In this document: positions 1 to 8,016 of the stretch, piece after piece
Layout: each line of letters begins with the position of its first letter
Position numbering within the stretch: the stretch's first letter is position 1
Assembly (NCBI GenBank): GCA_046861835.1
Contig: JBHIEY010000006.1
Span: 3,975 to 27,974, forward strand
Reading direction: 5' to 3'
Length of the DNA: 24,000 nucleotides
DNA from: Fidelibacterota bacterium
Lineage (GTDB): Bacteria; Fidelibacterota; Marinisomatia; Marinisomatales; S15-B10
Translations under genes and position numbers: made by a program
The notes under the pieces: generated by a model
Databases searched by the model: none
Seen by the model: the letters and a program-made list of their open reading frames with translations, nothing else
What the model was told of the DNA's origin: nothing

Positions 1-1062
1 CATGTCAACGGGTTGGATTTGAGCGGTGAGGTTGGCCAGATGTACCGGGACTACAGCACCGGTATGGCTGACGAGACGCGGGCAGCGTTCAGGGAGGATG
101 TGGAATCGGTTTTGTCGATGGAGTGGCAACGGAAGTTGCAGACCGACCGTTTTGAGAAGGAAATGGCTCTGTACTCACAGTTTATCATCATTTTCCTTGT
201 TCTGGCGGTCGTTGTTCTTTTCTTCGTCACGTTCAATTTGATATCCCGGCCGCTGCGCCGTCTCCAGGTCGCCACCGAGGCGCTGTCCAGGGGAGACGGA
301 AAGGTCCGGGTGAAGGAAAACAGGTTTTCTCCATTGAATAATCTCATTTCATCCTTCAACAGGATGGCGGGGGAGCTGGAGTCAAACCGGGAGAAGATTC
401 TGGAAGCGGAAAAGGAAGTTATCTGGAGGGAAATGGCCCGGGTAATGGCTCATGAGGTAAAGAATCCCCTTACCCCCATCCGCCTTGCGTTGGAGAGGAT
501 GACCGTGAAGAGAGGATCGGGTGAAGGGGAATTTGAACAGGCCTTTGACCGGGGCGTCGCTGTTATTCAGGAGGAGGTGGAGAATCTGCAGTCTCTGGTG
601 ACGGAATTCTCCGAGTTTGCCCGTCTACCGGAAGCCACCCTGGCCCTCCACGATGTAAACGGGCAGCTCCGGGAGATCGTCGTCCCTTACAGAGACAGGG
701 CCCACTTCGAGATGGTCCTGTCGGACAAGGTTCCGGCGTTTCAGGCCGACAGGGTTCAGATGAAACAGGTCTTCGTGAACATCATACAGAACGCCATTGA
801 GTCATCGCCGGAGGCGTGCACGATACATATCGCCACATCGGTTCACGATGGAGAGATATGGGTGAAGATTTCCGATAACGGTCCCGGAATTGATACCGGG
901 GATCTCGAGAAGATTTTTGAGCCATATTTTTCCACCCGGAGGAAAGGGACCGGCTTGGGGCTCGCCATCGTCAAAAGGATTGTGGAGCAACACGGCGGCA
1001 CGGTTCGGGTGGAGAGTAAACCCGGCGAGGGAACGGCATTTACCCTGGTATTCAAGGCATGA
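1..1062 (+). CDS. Sensor histidine kinase (TM-HAMP-HisKA-HATPase), 5' partial at the window edge
   Basis: The frame is open from nt 1; the track's TTG at 13 is probably internal. One TM segment (FIIIFLVLAVVVLFFVTFNLI) is followed by a HAMP-like linker. Kinase motifs: H-box HEVKNPLTPI, N-box NIIQNAIES, G1 DNGPGI, G2 GTGLGLAIVKRIVEQHGG. The stop overlaps the next start (ATGA at 1059-1062). Confidence 0.85.
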   Translation, partial: HVNGLDLSGEVGQMYRDYSTGMADETRAAFREDVESVLSMEWQRKLQTDRFEKEMALYSQFIIIFLVLAVVVLFFVTFNLISRPLRRLQVATEALSRGDGKVRVKENRFSPLNNLISSFNRMAGELESNREKILEAEKEVIWREMARVMAHEVKNPLTPIRLALERMTVKRGSGEGEFEQAFDRGVAVIQEEVENLQSLVTEFSEFARLPEATLALHDVNGQLREIVVPYRDRAHFEMVLSDKVPAFQADRVQMKQVFVNIIQNAIESSPEACTIHIATSVHDGEIWVKISDNGPGIDTGDLEKIFEPYFSTRRKGTGLGLAIVKRIVEQHGGTVRVESKPGEGTAFTLVFKA

Positions 1063-2411
1063 GAATTCTCGTTGTTGACGATGAAAAGAACATCCGGATG
1101 ACCCTGAAGGACATCCTGGAAGACGAAGGCCATGAGGTGGTGCTGGCGGAGACGGGCGAGAAAGGGCTTCAGGCGGTTTCCGGGGAATGGGTGGATATGG
1201 TTATTCTTGATGTCAGGCTGCCCGGCATGGATGGTATCGAGGTGTTCAAGAGGGTAAGGGACATGCGGCCGGACCTTGACGTTCTCATGATTTCGGGGCA
1301 CAGCACGATTGAGACGGCCGTGGAGGCCGTAAAGCTGGGAGCCTACGACTTTCTGGAAAAACCCCTTTCCATGTCCAAGATTCTGACCTCTGCCCGCAAT
1401 ATTGCCGAAAAGCGGGCGCTGTTGACCCGGATTCAGGAGGGGGAGTCTGTGGAACGGTCGAAGTACAGGCTGGTGGGGGAATCGCCCCAGATGGCGCAGG
1501 TCCGGGAAGTGATACGGAAGGTGGCTCTCACCGATTCGAGAGTTCTCATCCGGGGGGAAACGGGAACGGGAAAAGAACTCGTGGCCTTCGCCATTCACCA
1601 TGAAAGCGAAAGAAGGGGCGGACCGTTCGTCACATTCAACTCGGCGGCGATTCCCCACGAACTGGTGGAGAGCGAACTGTTCGGACACGAGAAGGGGGCA
1701 TTTACGGGGGCGGACCGCCGGAAGCTCGGGAAGTTAGAGGTGGCTAATGAAGGGACACTGTTCCTGGATGAAATTGGCGACATGGATCTTTCGGCCCAGG
1801 CGAAGATTCTCAGGGTCATTGAGAAGGGAAAGTTTAAGCGGGTGGGGGGAAACCAGACCATTGCAATCGATGTGCGGATCCTGGCCGCCACCCACAAGAA
1901 TCTCGAAGAGATGATCGAAAAAGGGTCGTTTCGCGAGGATCTGTATTACCGCCTCAACGTGGTTCCCATCGTTCTGCCCCCCTTGCGGGAACGAAAAGGT
2001 GACGTCCGGGTCCTTGCGCAATACTTTCTGGACGAATATGCGGTGGAGTTCAAGACTCCGAGAAAGGAGATAACGGCCCGGGGCCTCGATTATCTGGAGA
2101 CCTATCCATTTCCCGGAAACGTGAGGGAATTGAGGAATGTTATCGAGCGCCTCTATATCCTGTCCCCTTCGAAGAAGGTGGGAGTCCAGGATGTGGCCCC
2201 CCTTGTGACCTGGCTCCCCCAAAAGAGGGGGAAGCGGGCTCTTCATGAGACCGTCGATTTCAGGCAGGCCAGAAAAGATTTTGAGATTCGCTATCTCACC
2301 GCCCAGCTGGAGAAACACGGCTGGAACATTTCCCTCACCGCCCGGCAGCTCGGCATGCGCCAGCCCAATCTATCCAGGAAAATCAAGGAGCTGGGGATAA
2401 AAAGGGACTGA
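1059..2411 (+). CDS. Sigma-54-dependent response regulator (NtrC/AtoC family enhancer-binding protein)
   Basis: N-terminal receiver domain (MRILVVDDE...ILDVRLPGMDG). AAA+ sigma-54 interaction domain with Walker A GETGTGKE, the GAFTGA loop (EKGAFTGAD) and ESELFGHE. C-terminal Fis-type HTH (ARQLGMRQPNLSRKIKELGI). Confidence 0.93.
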   Translation: MRILVVDDEKNIRMTLKDILEDEGHEVVLAETGEKGLQAVSGEWVDMVILDVRLPGMDGIEVFKRVRDMRPDLDVLMISGHSTIETAVEAVKLGAYDFLEKPLSMSKILTSARNIAEKRALLTRIQEGESVERSKYRLVGESPQMAQVREVIRKVALTDSRVLIRGETGTGKELVAFAIHHESERRGGPFVTFNSAAIPHELVESELFGHEKGAFTGADRRKLGKLEVANEGTLFLDEIGDMDLSAQAKILRVIEKGKFKRVGGNQTIAIDVRILAATHKNLEEMIEKGSFREDLYYRLNVVPIVLPPLRERKGDVRVLAQYFLDEYAVEFKTPRKEITARGLDYLETYPFPGNVRELRNVIERLYILSPSKKVGVQDVAPLVTWLPQKRGKRALHETVDFRQARKDFEIRYLTAQLEKHGWNISLTARQLGMRQPNLSRKIKELGIKRD

Positions 2412-2436
2412 AAAAAGGATACAGGTGTCTTATATT
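2408..2436 (+). promoter_or_regulatory. Candidate sigma-70-type promoter for sdhCAB (cTGAaA - 17 nt - TATATT)
   Basis: TATATT at 2431-2436 matches TATAAT at 5/6. A weak -35 (ctgaaa, 2408-2413) lies 17 nt upstream. GGAGA at 2464-2468 sits 7 nt before the GTG start at 2476. Sequence pattern only. Confidence 0.2.
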
Positions 2437-2475
2437 TAGTCCCCCAATCGGGCTACGGAAACTGGAGATTGCGGC

Positions 2476-3264
2476 GTGACCGACATTGATCTGGGATTGT
2501 ATCCCCGGCCCACCACCGAGCGAGGCAAAGAGTCACCCGCCTCAGGGTATGCCCGGAGAGTCCTCATCAACGAATGGATAAGTGGCGTAACCGGTGCCAT
2601 ACTGGCTTTGTTTATCTGGGGACATCTGGTATTTGAAAGCACCATTCTTATCGGCAGGGAGGCTTATGATGCCCTGGCCGATTTCCTGGAACACACCATC
2701 TATATTGCTCAACCCATGGTCTTTTTCATCACCCTGGTTTTCTTCGTTCATTTCGTCTGGGCCAGCCGGAAGATTCCTGCCAAACTCCGGGAAAGAAAAA
2801 GGATGATGAGATTAGGCCTGAGCATTAAAGGTGCCAAGGGGCGGTGGAATCAGGATCCCAGAAGTGAAATCCGCCTTCGGCGTCATTTTGAGACCTCCCT
2901 GTGGATCTGGCAGGTCCGGACCGGGATGATCGTTCTTGCCACCGGTGCTTTTCACCTGTTTCTGGTCACCTGGAATATCTTCAGCGATATGGGTGTTGCC
3001 GGTCAGGAGCCGGGTCTTTCTGCCACCATTGCTACCAGCAGGGTAAGCAGCGGTTTATGGATCCTGTATGGGGTGTTGATGCTTTCAGTGGTGGCTCACA
3101 CCGCCATTGGGGTGTATCGATTGCTGGTGAAGTGGCTGGCGGACACCTGGTTTGTCCGGAAATACGCCAGAGCCCTTTTCTATTTTCTGTTCTGGTTCTT
3201 CGTAATTCTGGGGACAGCCACCGTCATTGGTTTGGCCGGACCCCTGGAGGGGGTTCTGTCGTGA
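2476..3264 (+). CDS. sdhC: Succinate dehydrogenase/fumarate reductase cytochrome b membrane anchor (single-subunit, 5-TM, diheme type B)
   Basis: GTG start. Five predicted TM helices. His residues sit in four of them (WGHLVF, FVHFVW, GAFHLF, VVAHTAI), as expected for two bis-His hemes. Position immediately upstream of the flavoprotein; its stop overlaps that gene's start (GTGA at 3261-3264). Confidence 0.75.
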   Translation: MTDIDLGLYPRPTTERGKESPASGYARRVLINEWISGVTGAILALFIWGHLVFESTILIGREAYDALADFLEHTIYIAQPMVFFITLVFFVHFVWASRKIPAKLRERKRMMRLGLSIKGAKGRWNQDPRSEIRLRRHFETSLWIWQVRTGMIVLATGAFHLFLVTWNIFSDMGVAGQEPGLSATIATSRVSSGLWILYGVLMLSVVAHTAIGVYRLLVKWLADTWFVRKYARALFYFLFWFFVILGTATVIGLAGPLEGVLS

Positions 3265-5228
3265 AAGTATTGACCTGTGATGTTCTGGTCATCGGTGCCG
3301 GCCTGGCGGGCGAACGGGTGGCCATCGCCTGTTCCAGCGAAGGGCTCGATGTCACCATGCTTTCCCTGGTTCCGCCCCGCCGCAGCCATTCCTGCGCCGC
3401 CCAGGGCGGGATGCAGGCCGCCCTGGGAAACAGTGTGATGGGAAAGGGGGACAACGCCACGATTCACTGGCTCGATACCGTCAGGGGTTCCGACTGGGGA
3501 AATGATCAGGAAGTGGCCCGTATTTTTGCCGACAACGCCCCCATTGCCATGCGGGAGATGGCTCACTTTGGCGTCCCCTGGAACCGGGTGAAGGGGGGTC
3601 CCCAGGAAGTCTTCATCAAGGGGAAGAAGAGCACCATCACCGAAGGTTATGACAAGGAGGGTCTCATCACCGCCCGGGCGTTCGGTGGGACGGCAAAGTG
3701 GCGGACCTGTTATACGGCGGACGGGACAGGCCATTCTGTGCTGTATACCATGGACAACATGGCGGTTCAGCTGGGCATTACCGTCCACGACAGGATGGAG
3801 GCGTTAAGGCTCATTCACACGGGCGGCCGGTGTCTCGGGGCAGTGGTTCGCTCCCTCCGCGACGGCGAAATCCGGATCTATCTTGCCCGGGCAACCGTCA
3901 TTGCCACCGGCGGGTACGGACGCCTTTACGGCATTTCCACGAATGCCATTATCAACGAAGGGACAGGGTCGTGGCTGGCTCTTCAGACGGGAGTGGTTCC
4001 CCTGGGGAACATGGAGGCCGTACAGTTTCATCCCACCGGTCTGGTCCCCACCGACATCCTGGTGACCGAGGGGTGCCGGGGCGACGGAGGGACCCTTCTG
4101 GACGTGGACGAATACCGGTTCATGCCCGATTACGAGCCTGAAAAGCAGGAGCTGGCATCGCGGGATGTTATCTCCCGGCGAATGATGGAACACATCATGA
4201 AAGGGAAAGGGGTAAAATCTCCGTACGGGGACCACCTCTGGTTGGACCTTCGCCACTTAGGCGAACACCATCTCAAGACCAAGCTCCGGGAAGTGTACGA
4301 TATTTGCACGCACTTTATCGGGGTGAACCCCATCAAGGAGCTCGTGCCCGTGAGACCGACCCAGCACTATTCCATGGGGGGGATCCGGGTGAACAAGGAT
4401 GGACAGGCCTACAATATGGAGGGACTGTTTGCCGCCGGGGAGGCATCGTGCTGGGATTTGCACGGCTTCAACCGGTTAGGCGGTAATTCCCTGGCTGAGA
4501 CGGTGGTGGCCGGTATGCTCGTGGGCAAAAGGGTCGCCCGGTACACCAGGAAGGCCCCCCTGGTGGCCGACGTTTCCCTGGCGGAAGATTTTGCGGAGAG
4601 GGAAAAGGGAAAGATTGCCCGGCTTCTGGACGGCGACGGAGACGAGAATGTCTACGCTCTGCGGAAGGAAATCTCCGAAGCCCTGATTCACGACGTGGGC
4701 ATTTTCCGCAACGGCGAACGGCTGGAGAGAGCAGTGAAGAAGTTGAAGGATGTGGTAAGGCGGACGGAGAAGGTAAAGGTTCGCACGCGGGCGCCGGGGA
4801 TGAACCCGGAATTGTCCAGTGCTCTGAGACTGGAGGGGATGGCCAAGCAGGCCCTGGTTATCGCCATGGGTGCTCTGGCCCGGACCGAGTCCCGTGGGGC
4901 CCACTACCGGGAGGACTATCCCGCCCGGGACGACGCCAACTGGCTAAAGCGAACCCTGGCCCGGTGGCCGGACGGGGCCGATGAACCGCAGTTGAGCTAT
5001 GAGCCGGTGGGCATCCTCGATCTTCCTCCCGGGGAGAGGGGGTACGGGGGAGCCCGGCAGATTCCCATGACTCTCACGCTTGAGGAGTACAACCGGACGG
5101 TTTACGATGAGCAAAAGGCCAACGGCCGTCTGGAAACGGTGGAGCCTGCGGGGAGCGGTCTCCCCAGGGAAGCCTGGCGCAGTGAAGTTGACGCAGAGAA
5201 ACCTCCCTCCGGGCAGAAGTCGTCATAA
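3261..5228 (+). CDS. sdhA: Succinate dehydrogenase/fumarate reductase flavoprotein subunit
   Basis: Starts at GTG 3261 (VKVLTCDVLVIGAGLAGERVAIA, FAD GxGxxG). The track ORF from 2901 is an in-frame extension running through sdhC. Motifs: RSHSCAAQGGMQAA (covalent-FAD His), QFHPTGL, NRLGGNSL, ESRGAHYRED. Confidence 0.95.
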   Translation: MKVLTCDVLVIGAGLAGERVAIACSSEGLDVTMLSLVPPRRSHSCAAQGGMQAALGNSVMGKGDNATIHWLDTVRGSDWGNDQEVARIFADNAPIAMREMAHFGVPWNRVKGGPQEVFIKGKKSTITEGYDKEGLITARAFGGTAKWRTCYTADGTGHSVLYTMDNMAVQLGITVHDRMEALRLIHTGGRCLGAVVRSLRDGEIRIYLARATVIATGGYGRLYGISTNAIINEGTGSWLALQTGVVPLGNMEAVQFHPTGLVPTDILVTEGCRGDGGTLLDVDEYRFMPDYEPEKQELASRDVISRRMMEHIMKGKGVKSPYGDHLWLDLRHLGEHHLKTKLREVYDICTHFIGVNPIKELVPVRPTQHYSMGGIRVNKDGQAYNMEGLFAAGEASCWDLHGFNRLGGNSLAETVVAGMLVGKRVARYTRKAPLVADVSLAEDFAEREKGKIARLLDGDGDENVYALRKEISEALIHDVGIFRNGERLERAVKKLKDVVRRTEKVKVRTRAPGMNPELSSALRLEGMAKQALVIAMGALARTESRGAHYREDYPARDDANWLKRTLARWPDGADEPQLSYEPVGILDLPPGERGYGGARQIPMTLTLEEYNRTVYDEQKANGRLETVEPAGSGLPREAWRSEVDAEKPPSGQKSS

Positions 5229-5995
5229 TGGGGCGAACCTTAACATTCAAGATATTCCGCTATAATCCCAGTCTGGAGAACAGTCAACCAAGGATTGAAT
5301 CGTACACGTTGGAGGAAACGCCCCGGCTCAATCTTTTCACCGCCCTTCACAAGATAAGGGAAGAGCAGGCTCCCGGGCTCATGTTCGATTTTGTCTGCCG
5401 GGCGGGGGTCTGCGGATCCTGCGGCATGATGATCAACGGACGTCCCACCCTGGCCTGCCGGACTCTCACGTCCGATCTTCCCGATACCATTGAGTTATAC
5501 CCTCTGCCGTTTTTCAAGCTCCTGGGCGATCTGTCGGTGGACACGGGCGTCTGGTTCCGCCAGATGGCCGAACAGGTAGAATCGTGGATCCACACCCGGA
5601 AGGAATTTGATCCTGAGGCGGAAGAGGAGCGCATGGACAACGATCTGGCCAACAAGATTTACGAATCAGAGCGCTGTATCGAATGCGGGTGCTGCATCGC
5701 CGGATGTGCCACCGCCCTGGTGAATTCCAATTTTCTCGGGGCGGCGGGGCTATTTCGAATCGGCCGGTTTATGATAGACCCCCGGGATCAACGTGAGAAC
5801 GAAGATTGGTTCGAGCTGGTCTCCACGGATGAGGGTGTCTTTGGCTGCATCGGCATGATGGCGTGCGATGACGTCTGCCCGAAAGATCTCCCCCTGCTGG
5901 AAGTATTCGCCTACATCCGCCGGAAGATGACCGCCGCCGGCCTGAAGAAGGGAAAAAGAAAAACCGTCATAGCTGCCACACCACCACGGCCGTGA
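5228..5995 (+). CDS. sdhB: Succinate dehydrogenase/fumarate reductase iron-sulfur subunit
   Basis: Three Cys clusters: [21 protein letters not shown] (2Fe-2S), CIECGCCIAGC and CIGMMACDDVCPK. The start shares one nt with the sdhA stop (TAATG at 5226-5230). Confidence 0.93.
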   Translation: MGRTLTFKIFRYNPSLENSQPRIESYTLEETPRLNLFTALHKIREEQAPGLMFDFVCRAGVCGSCGMMINGRPTLACRTLTSDLPDTIELYPLPFFKLLGDLSVDTGVWFRQMAEQVESWIHTRKEFDPEAEEERMDNDLANKIYESERCIECGCCIAGCATALVNSNFLGAAGLFRIGRFMIDPRDQRENEDWFELVSTDEGVFGCIGMMACDDVCPKDLPLLEVFAYIRRKMTAAGLKKGKRKTVIAATPPRP

Positions 5996-6317
5996 TGGCC
6001 GTTCCTGCCAGGGCACTTCCGTAACTCAGGATTGAGATCGGGGTTCTTAGCTTGCTCAGTCCCATGTCGATCAGGGCATACCGGAACCGGTGGGCCCAGT
6101 GAAATAGAGGCAGACAAATCACCCCGAAAAGAATGAGTTTGATGATGGGGTGACCCAGGGAACTATGGAGAGTGTCCAGAAACAGAGGATCCTCTTCCAG
6201 CCGGTAAAAAGGGAGAACAAATCCCGTCAGGACGATAAGAACAGGAAACAGGAGGGCACTCACCATCCCCCCTGCCGAGAACAACATCCACCACATGGGT
6301 TCTATTGACTTTGTCAT
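5967..6317 (-). CDS. frdD: Fumarate reductase membrane anchor subunit D
   Basis: 116 aa, 3 TM. The N-terminus EPMWWMLFSAGGMVSALLFPVLIVL parallels E. coli FrdD ([25 protein letters not shown], recalled from memory). Last gene of the frdABCD order. Confidence 0.85.
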   Translation of the reverse strand: MTKSIEPMWWMLFSAGGMVSALLFPVLIVLTGFVLPFYRLEEDPLFLDTLHSSLGHPIIKLILFGVICLPLFHWAHRFRYALIDMGLSKLRTPISILSYGSALAGTAITAVVVWQL

Positions 6318-6320
6318 TGT

Positions 6321-6719
6321 CTATCCCCGCAGCACCATCCAGCCGATGGCAAAAGAGAGAACGATCCATCCCGCGTAGAAGCCTCCGGCGATGAGGGCCG
6401 GGGGGATGCGCTCTTCCCCAATCCGCAAAACCAGAATCTTAGGGGTGAGATTAAACCACGTGATGGTGTGGTAAAGAACCAGGGGGAGGGCGAGAGCGTG
6501 AAAAATGACACTAAGGGGCGACTTCAGGAGCTCGACCACATCCGGATAGATGACCGCCCCCTGCGCGAACCTGGAGATCATCACCAGGAGAAACACGCAG
6601 TATCCGGCCACGAAGACGCTGGTAAGCTCCCTGACCATAAACAGGAAATAGGGCCGTCGTTTGAGCCACCACGTGTTCGGAAAGGGTCGGTGATACGGGC
6701 TCATCCTTTCTTCCCCCAT
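6321..6719 (-). CDS. frdC: Fumarate reductase membrane anchor subunit C
   Basis: About 130 aa, 3 [31 protein letters not shown] parallels E. coli FrdC ([29 protein letters not shown]). An alternative start at ATG 6704 would give an ATGA overlap with the frdB stop (6701-6704). Confidence 0.85.
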   Translation of the reverse strand: MGEERMSPYHRPFPNTWWLKRRPYFLFMVRELTSVFVAGYCVFLLVMISRFAQGAVIYPDVVELLKSPLSVIFHALALPLVLYHTITWFNLTPKILVLRIGEERIPPALIAGGFYAGWIVLSFAIGWMVLRG

Positions 6720-7459
6720 GGCAGCAGAACTTCCTTCATCCAGGCAATGGAGCTGGGAAGTTTGGCCCGCTGGATGGCGGCTGCCGGATCCACGTTCTTG
6801 GGACAGACGGCGCTACACTCCCCCACGTAGGAACATTCCCAGATTCCCTCGTGGCCCGTCATCACCTCGTGCCGCTCATCTTTTCCCTGGTCGCGGGAAT
6901 CGAGGTTGTAGCGCTGGGCTAAGGCGATGGCTGCGGGGCCGATGAACGTTGAGTCGAGGGCATACACCGGGCAGGCGGCGTAGCAGAGCATGCAATTGAT
7001 GCACATGGCATATTGCTTATACCGGGCCAGCTCAGCAGGGGTCTGAAGGTATTCCCCCTCGTCAAGGGATTTCTCTTCCTCCCGGATAATCCACGGCTTG
7101 ACGGCTTTGAGTTTCTCCATGAAGTCGTCCATCACCACCACCAGGTCCCGCTTCACGGGGAACCCGGTCAGGGGTTCGACCCGTATGGGACCCGGGACGT
7201 AGTTTCTCAAAAACGCGCCGCAGGTGAGAACGGGCACGCCATTGACCATCATCCCGCAGCTGCCGCAGACGCCCATCCGGCAGGACCACCGATACGAAAG
7301 TGATCCATCGATTTCATCCTTGATGTAATTGATGGCATCAAGAATGACCCAATCCTCACGAAAGGGAACCTCATAGCTCTGAAAGGTCGGCTCCTCCGTA
7401 TCCGGTCGGTACCGGAAGATCTCGATACTGATGGTTTCGCTTCTATTATCTGGTGGCAT
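6701..7459 (-). CDS. frdB: Fumarate reductase iron-sulfur subunit
   Basis: Cys clusters [34 protein letters not shown] and [14 protein letters not shown] prefer ATG at 7459 (MPPDNRSE...) over the track's TTG at 7471. Confidence 0.93.
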   Translation of the reverse strand: MPPDNRSETISIEIFRYRPDTEEPTFQSYEVPFREDWVILDAINYIKDEIDGSLSYRWSCRMGVCGSCGMMVNGVPVLTCGAFLRNYVPGPIRVEPLTGFPVKRDLVVVMDDFMEKLKAVKPWIIREEEKSLDEGEYLQTPAELARYKQYAMCINCMLCYAACPVYALDSTFIGPAAIALAQRYNLDSRDQGKDERHEVMTGHEGIWECSYVGECSAVCPKNVDPAAAIQRAKLPSSIAWMKEVLLPWGKKG

Positions 7460-7484
7460 GTTCAAACTCAAACATGCGAATCTT

Positions 7485-7520
7485 TCCCCTCATCCTGACC
7501 TTCTCCCCGCAGGGAGAAGG
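7485..7520. repeat. REP-like GC-rich palindromic unit, copy L
   Basis: TCCCCTCA head (7485-7492), then a perfect 9-bp stem CCTTCTCCC (7499-7507) / GGGAGAAGG (7512-7520) with tetraloop cgca. It is an imperfect inverted copy of unit R. Confidence 0.7.
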
Positions 7521-7596
7521 AATGTTGTGGTCCGGTTTTCCTTGATACTCTCACGCTGGGGACTACGATTCATCTGGATTCTGCTCTGTACTCATC

Positions 7597-7631
7597 TCCT
7601 CTCCCTGGGGGAGAGGATTAAGGTGAGGGGA
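7597..7631. repeat. REP-like GC-rich palindromic unit, copy R (inverted relative to L)
   Basis: Perfect 9-bp stem TCCTCTCCC (7597-7605) / GGGAGAGGA (7609-7617) with loop tgg, then TGAGGGGA (7624-7631), the exact reverse complement of the L head. By hand alignment roughly 28 of 36 positions match between L and the reverse complement of R. Confidence 0.7.
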
Positions 7632-7647
7632 CATGTCTAGTCAACAC

Positions 7648-8016
7648 CTACCTTGATTCCCGTATTTTCTTATCCAAATAATCCAGGCATTCTTCGAGAT
7701 TTGTGACAACATCATGGGCCCAAAAGTGAATGACCTCATATCCCTCTTTCTCCAGGAAACTGTCGCGTTTCCTGTCTTTTTTGACTCCTGTCGGTGTGCC
7801 GTGGTGTTCCCCGTCGATTTCCACCACCATTCTCGCTTCCAATGACAGGAAATCAACGATGTACTGAGCTACGGGCACTTGCCTGCGAAATTTGACCCCC
7901 ATTACCCGGTTTCTCAAATATTGCCACATCAGGTGTTCAGCTTCCGATGGTCGTTTTCGAAAAGATCTGGCGAGGTTGGTTCTACCCTTTGGCGGTTGCT
8001 TTGACGACGATCTCAT
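7648..8016 (-). CDS. DUF559 / Vsr-like endonuclease domain protein
   Basis: 122 aa. [23 protein letters not shown]...[31 protein letters not shown]...[16 protein letters not shown] matches the DUF559 pattern as I recall it (A..LR...T.AE..LW..LR / FRRQ..IG.YIVDF / ELDG..H / G..VLRFWN). Its ATG overlaps the frdA stop (ATGA at 8013-8016). Confidence 0.85.
   Translation of the reverse strand: MRSSSKQPPKGRTNLARSFRKRPSEAEHLMWQYLRNRVMGVKFRRQVPVAQYIVDFLSLEARMVVEIDGEHHGTPTGVKKDRKRDSFLEKEGYEVIHFWAHDVVTNLEECLDYLDKKIRESR

Noticed and set aside
2901-3260. In-frame 120-codon N-terminal extension of the sdhA ORF
   Set aside because: It overlaps sdhC in another frame and translates to Cys/Arg/His-rich nonsense. 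The flavoprotein FAD-binding fold begins right after GTG 3261, which overlaps the sdhC stop.
7457-7476. CATGTT-N8-AACATG inverted repeat over the frdB start codon
   Set aside because: It is a 6-bp AT-rich stem of marginal stability. It is noted as possibly affecting frdB initiation, but that is not supportable from sequence alone.
7431-7640. 69-aa + strand ORF across the frdB-DUF559 gap
   Set aside because: It reads straight through both REP-like hairpins (giving ...LLPAGRRN... and ...LSLGERIKVRG...). I treat it as an artefact of the repeats, with no start context.
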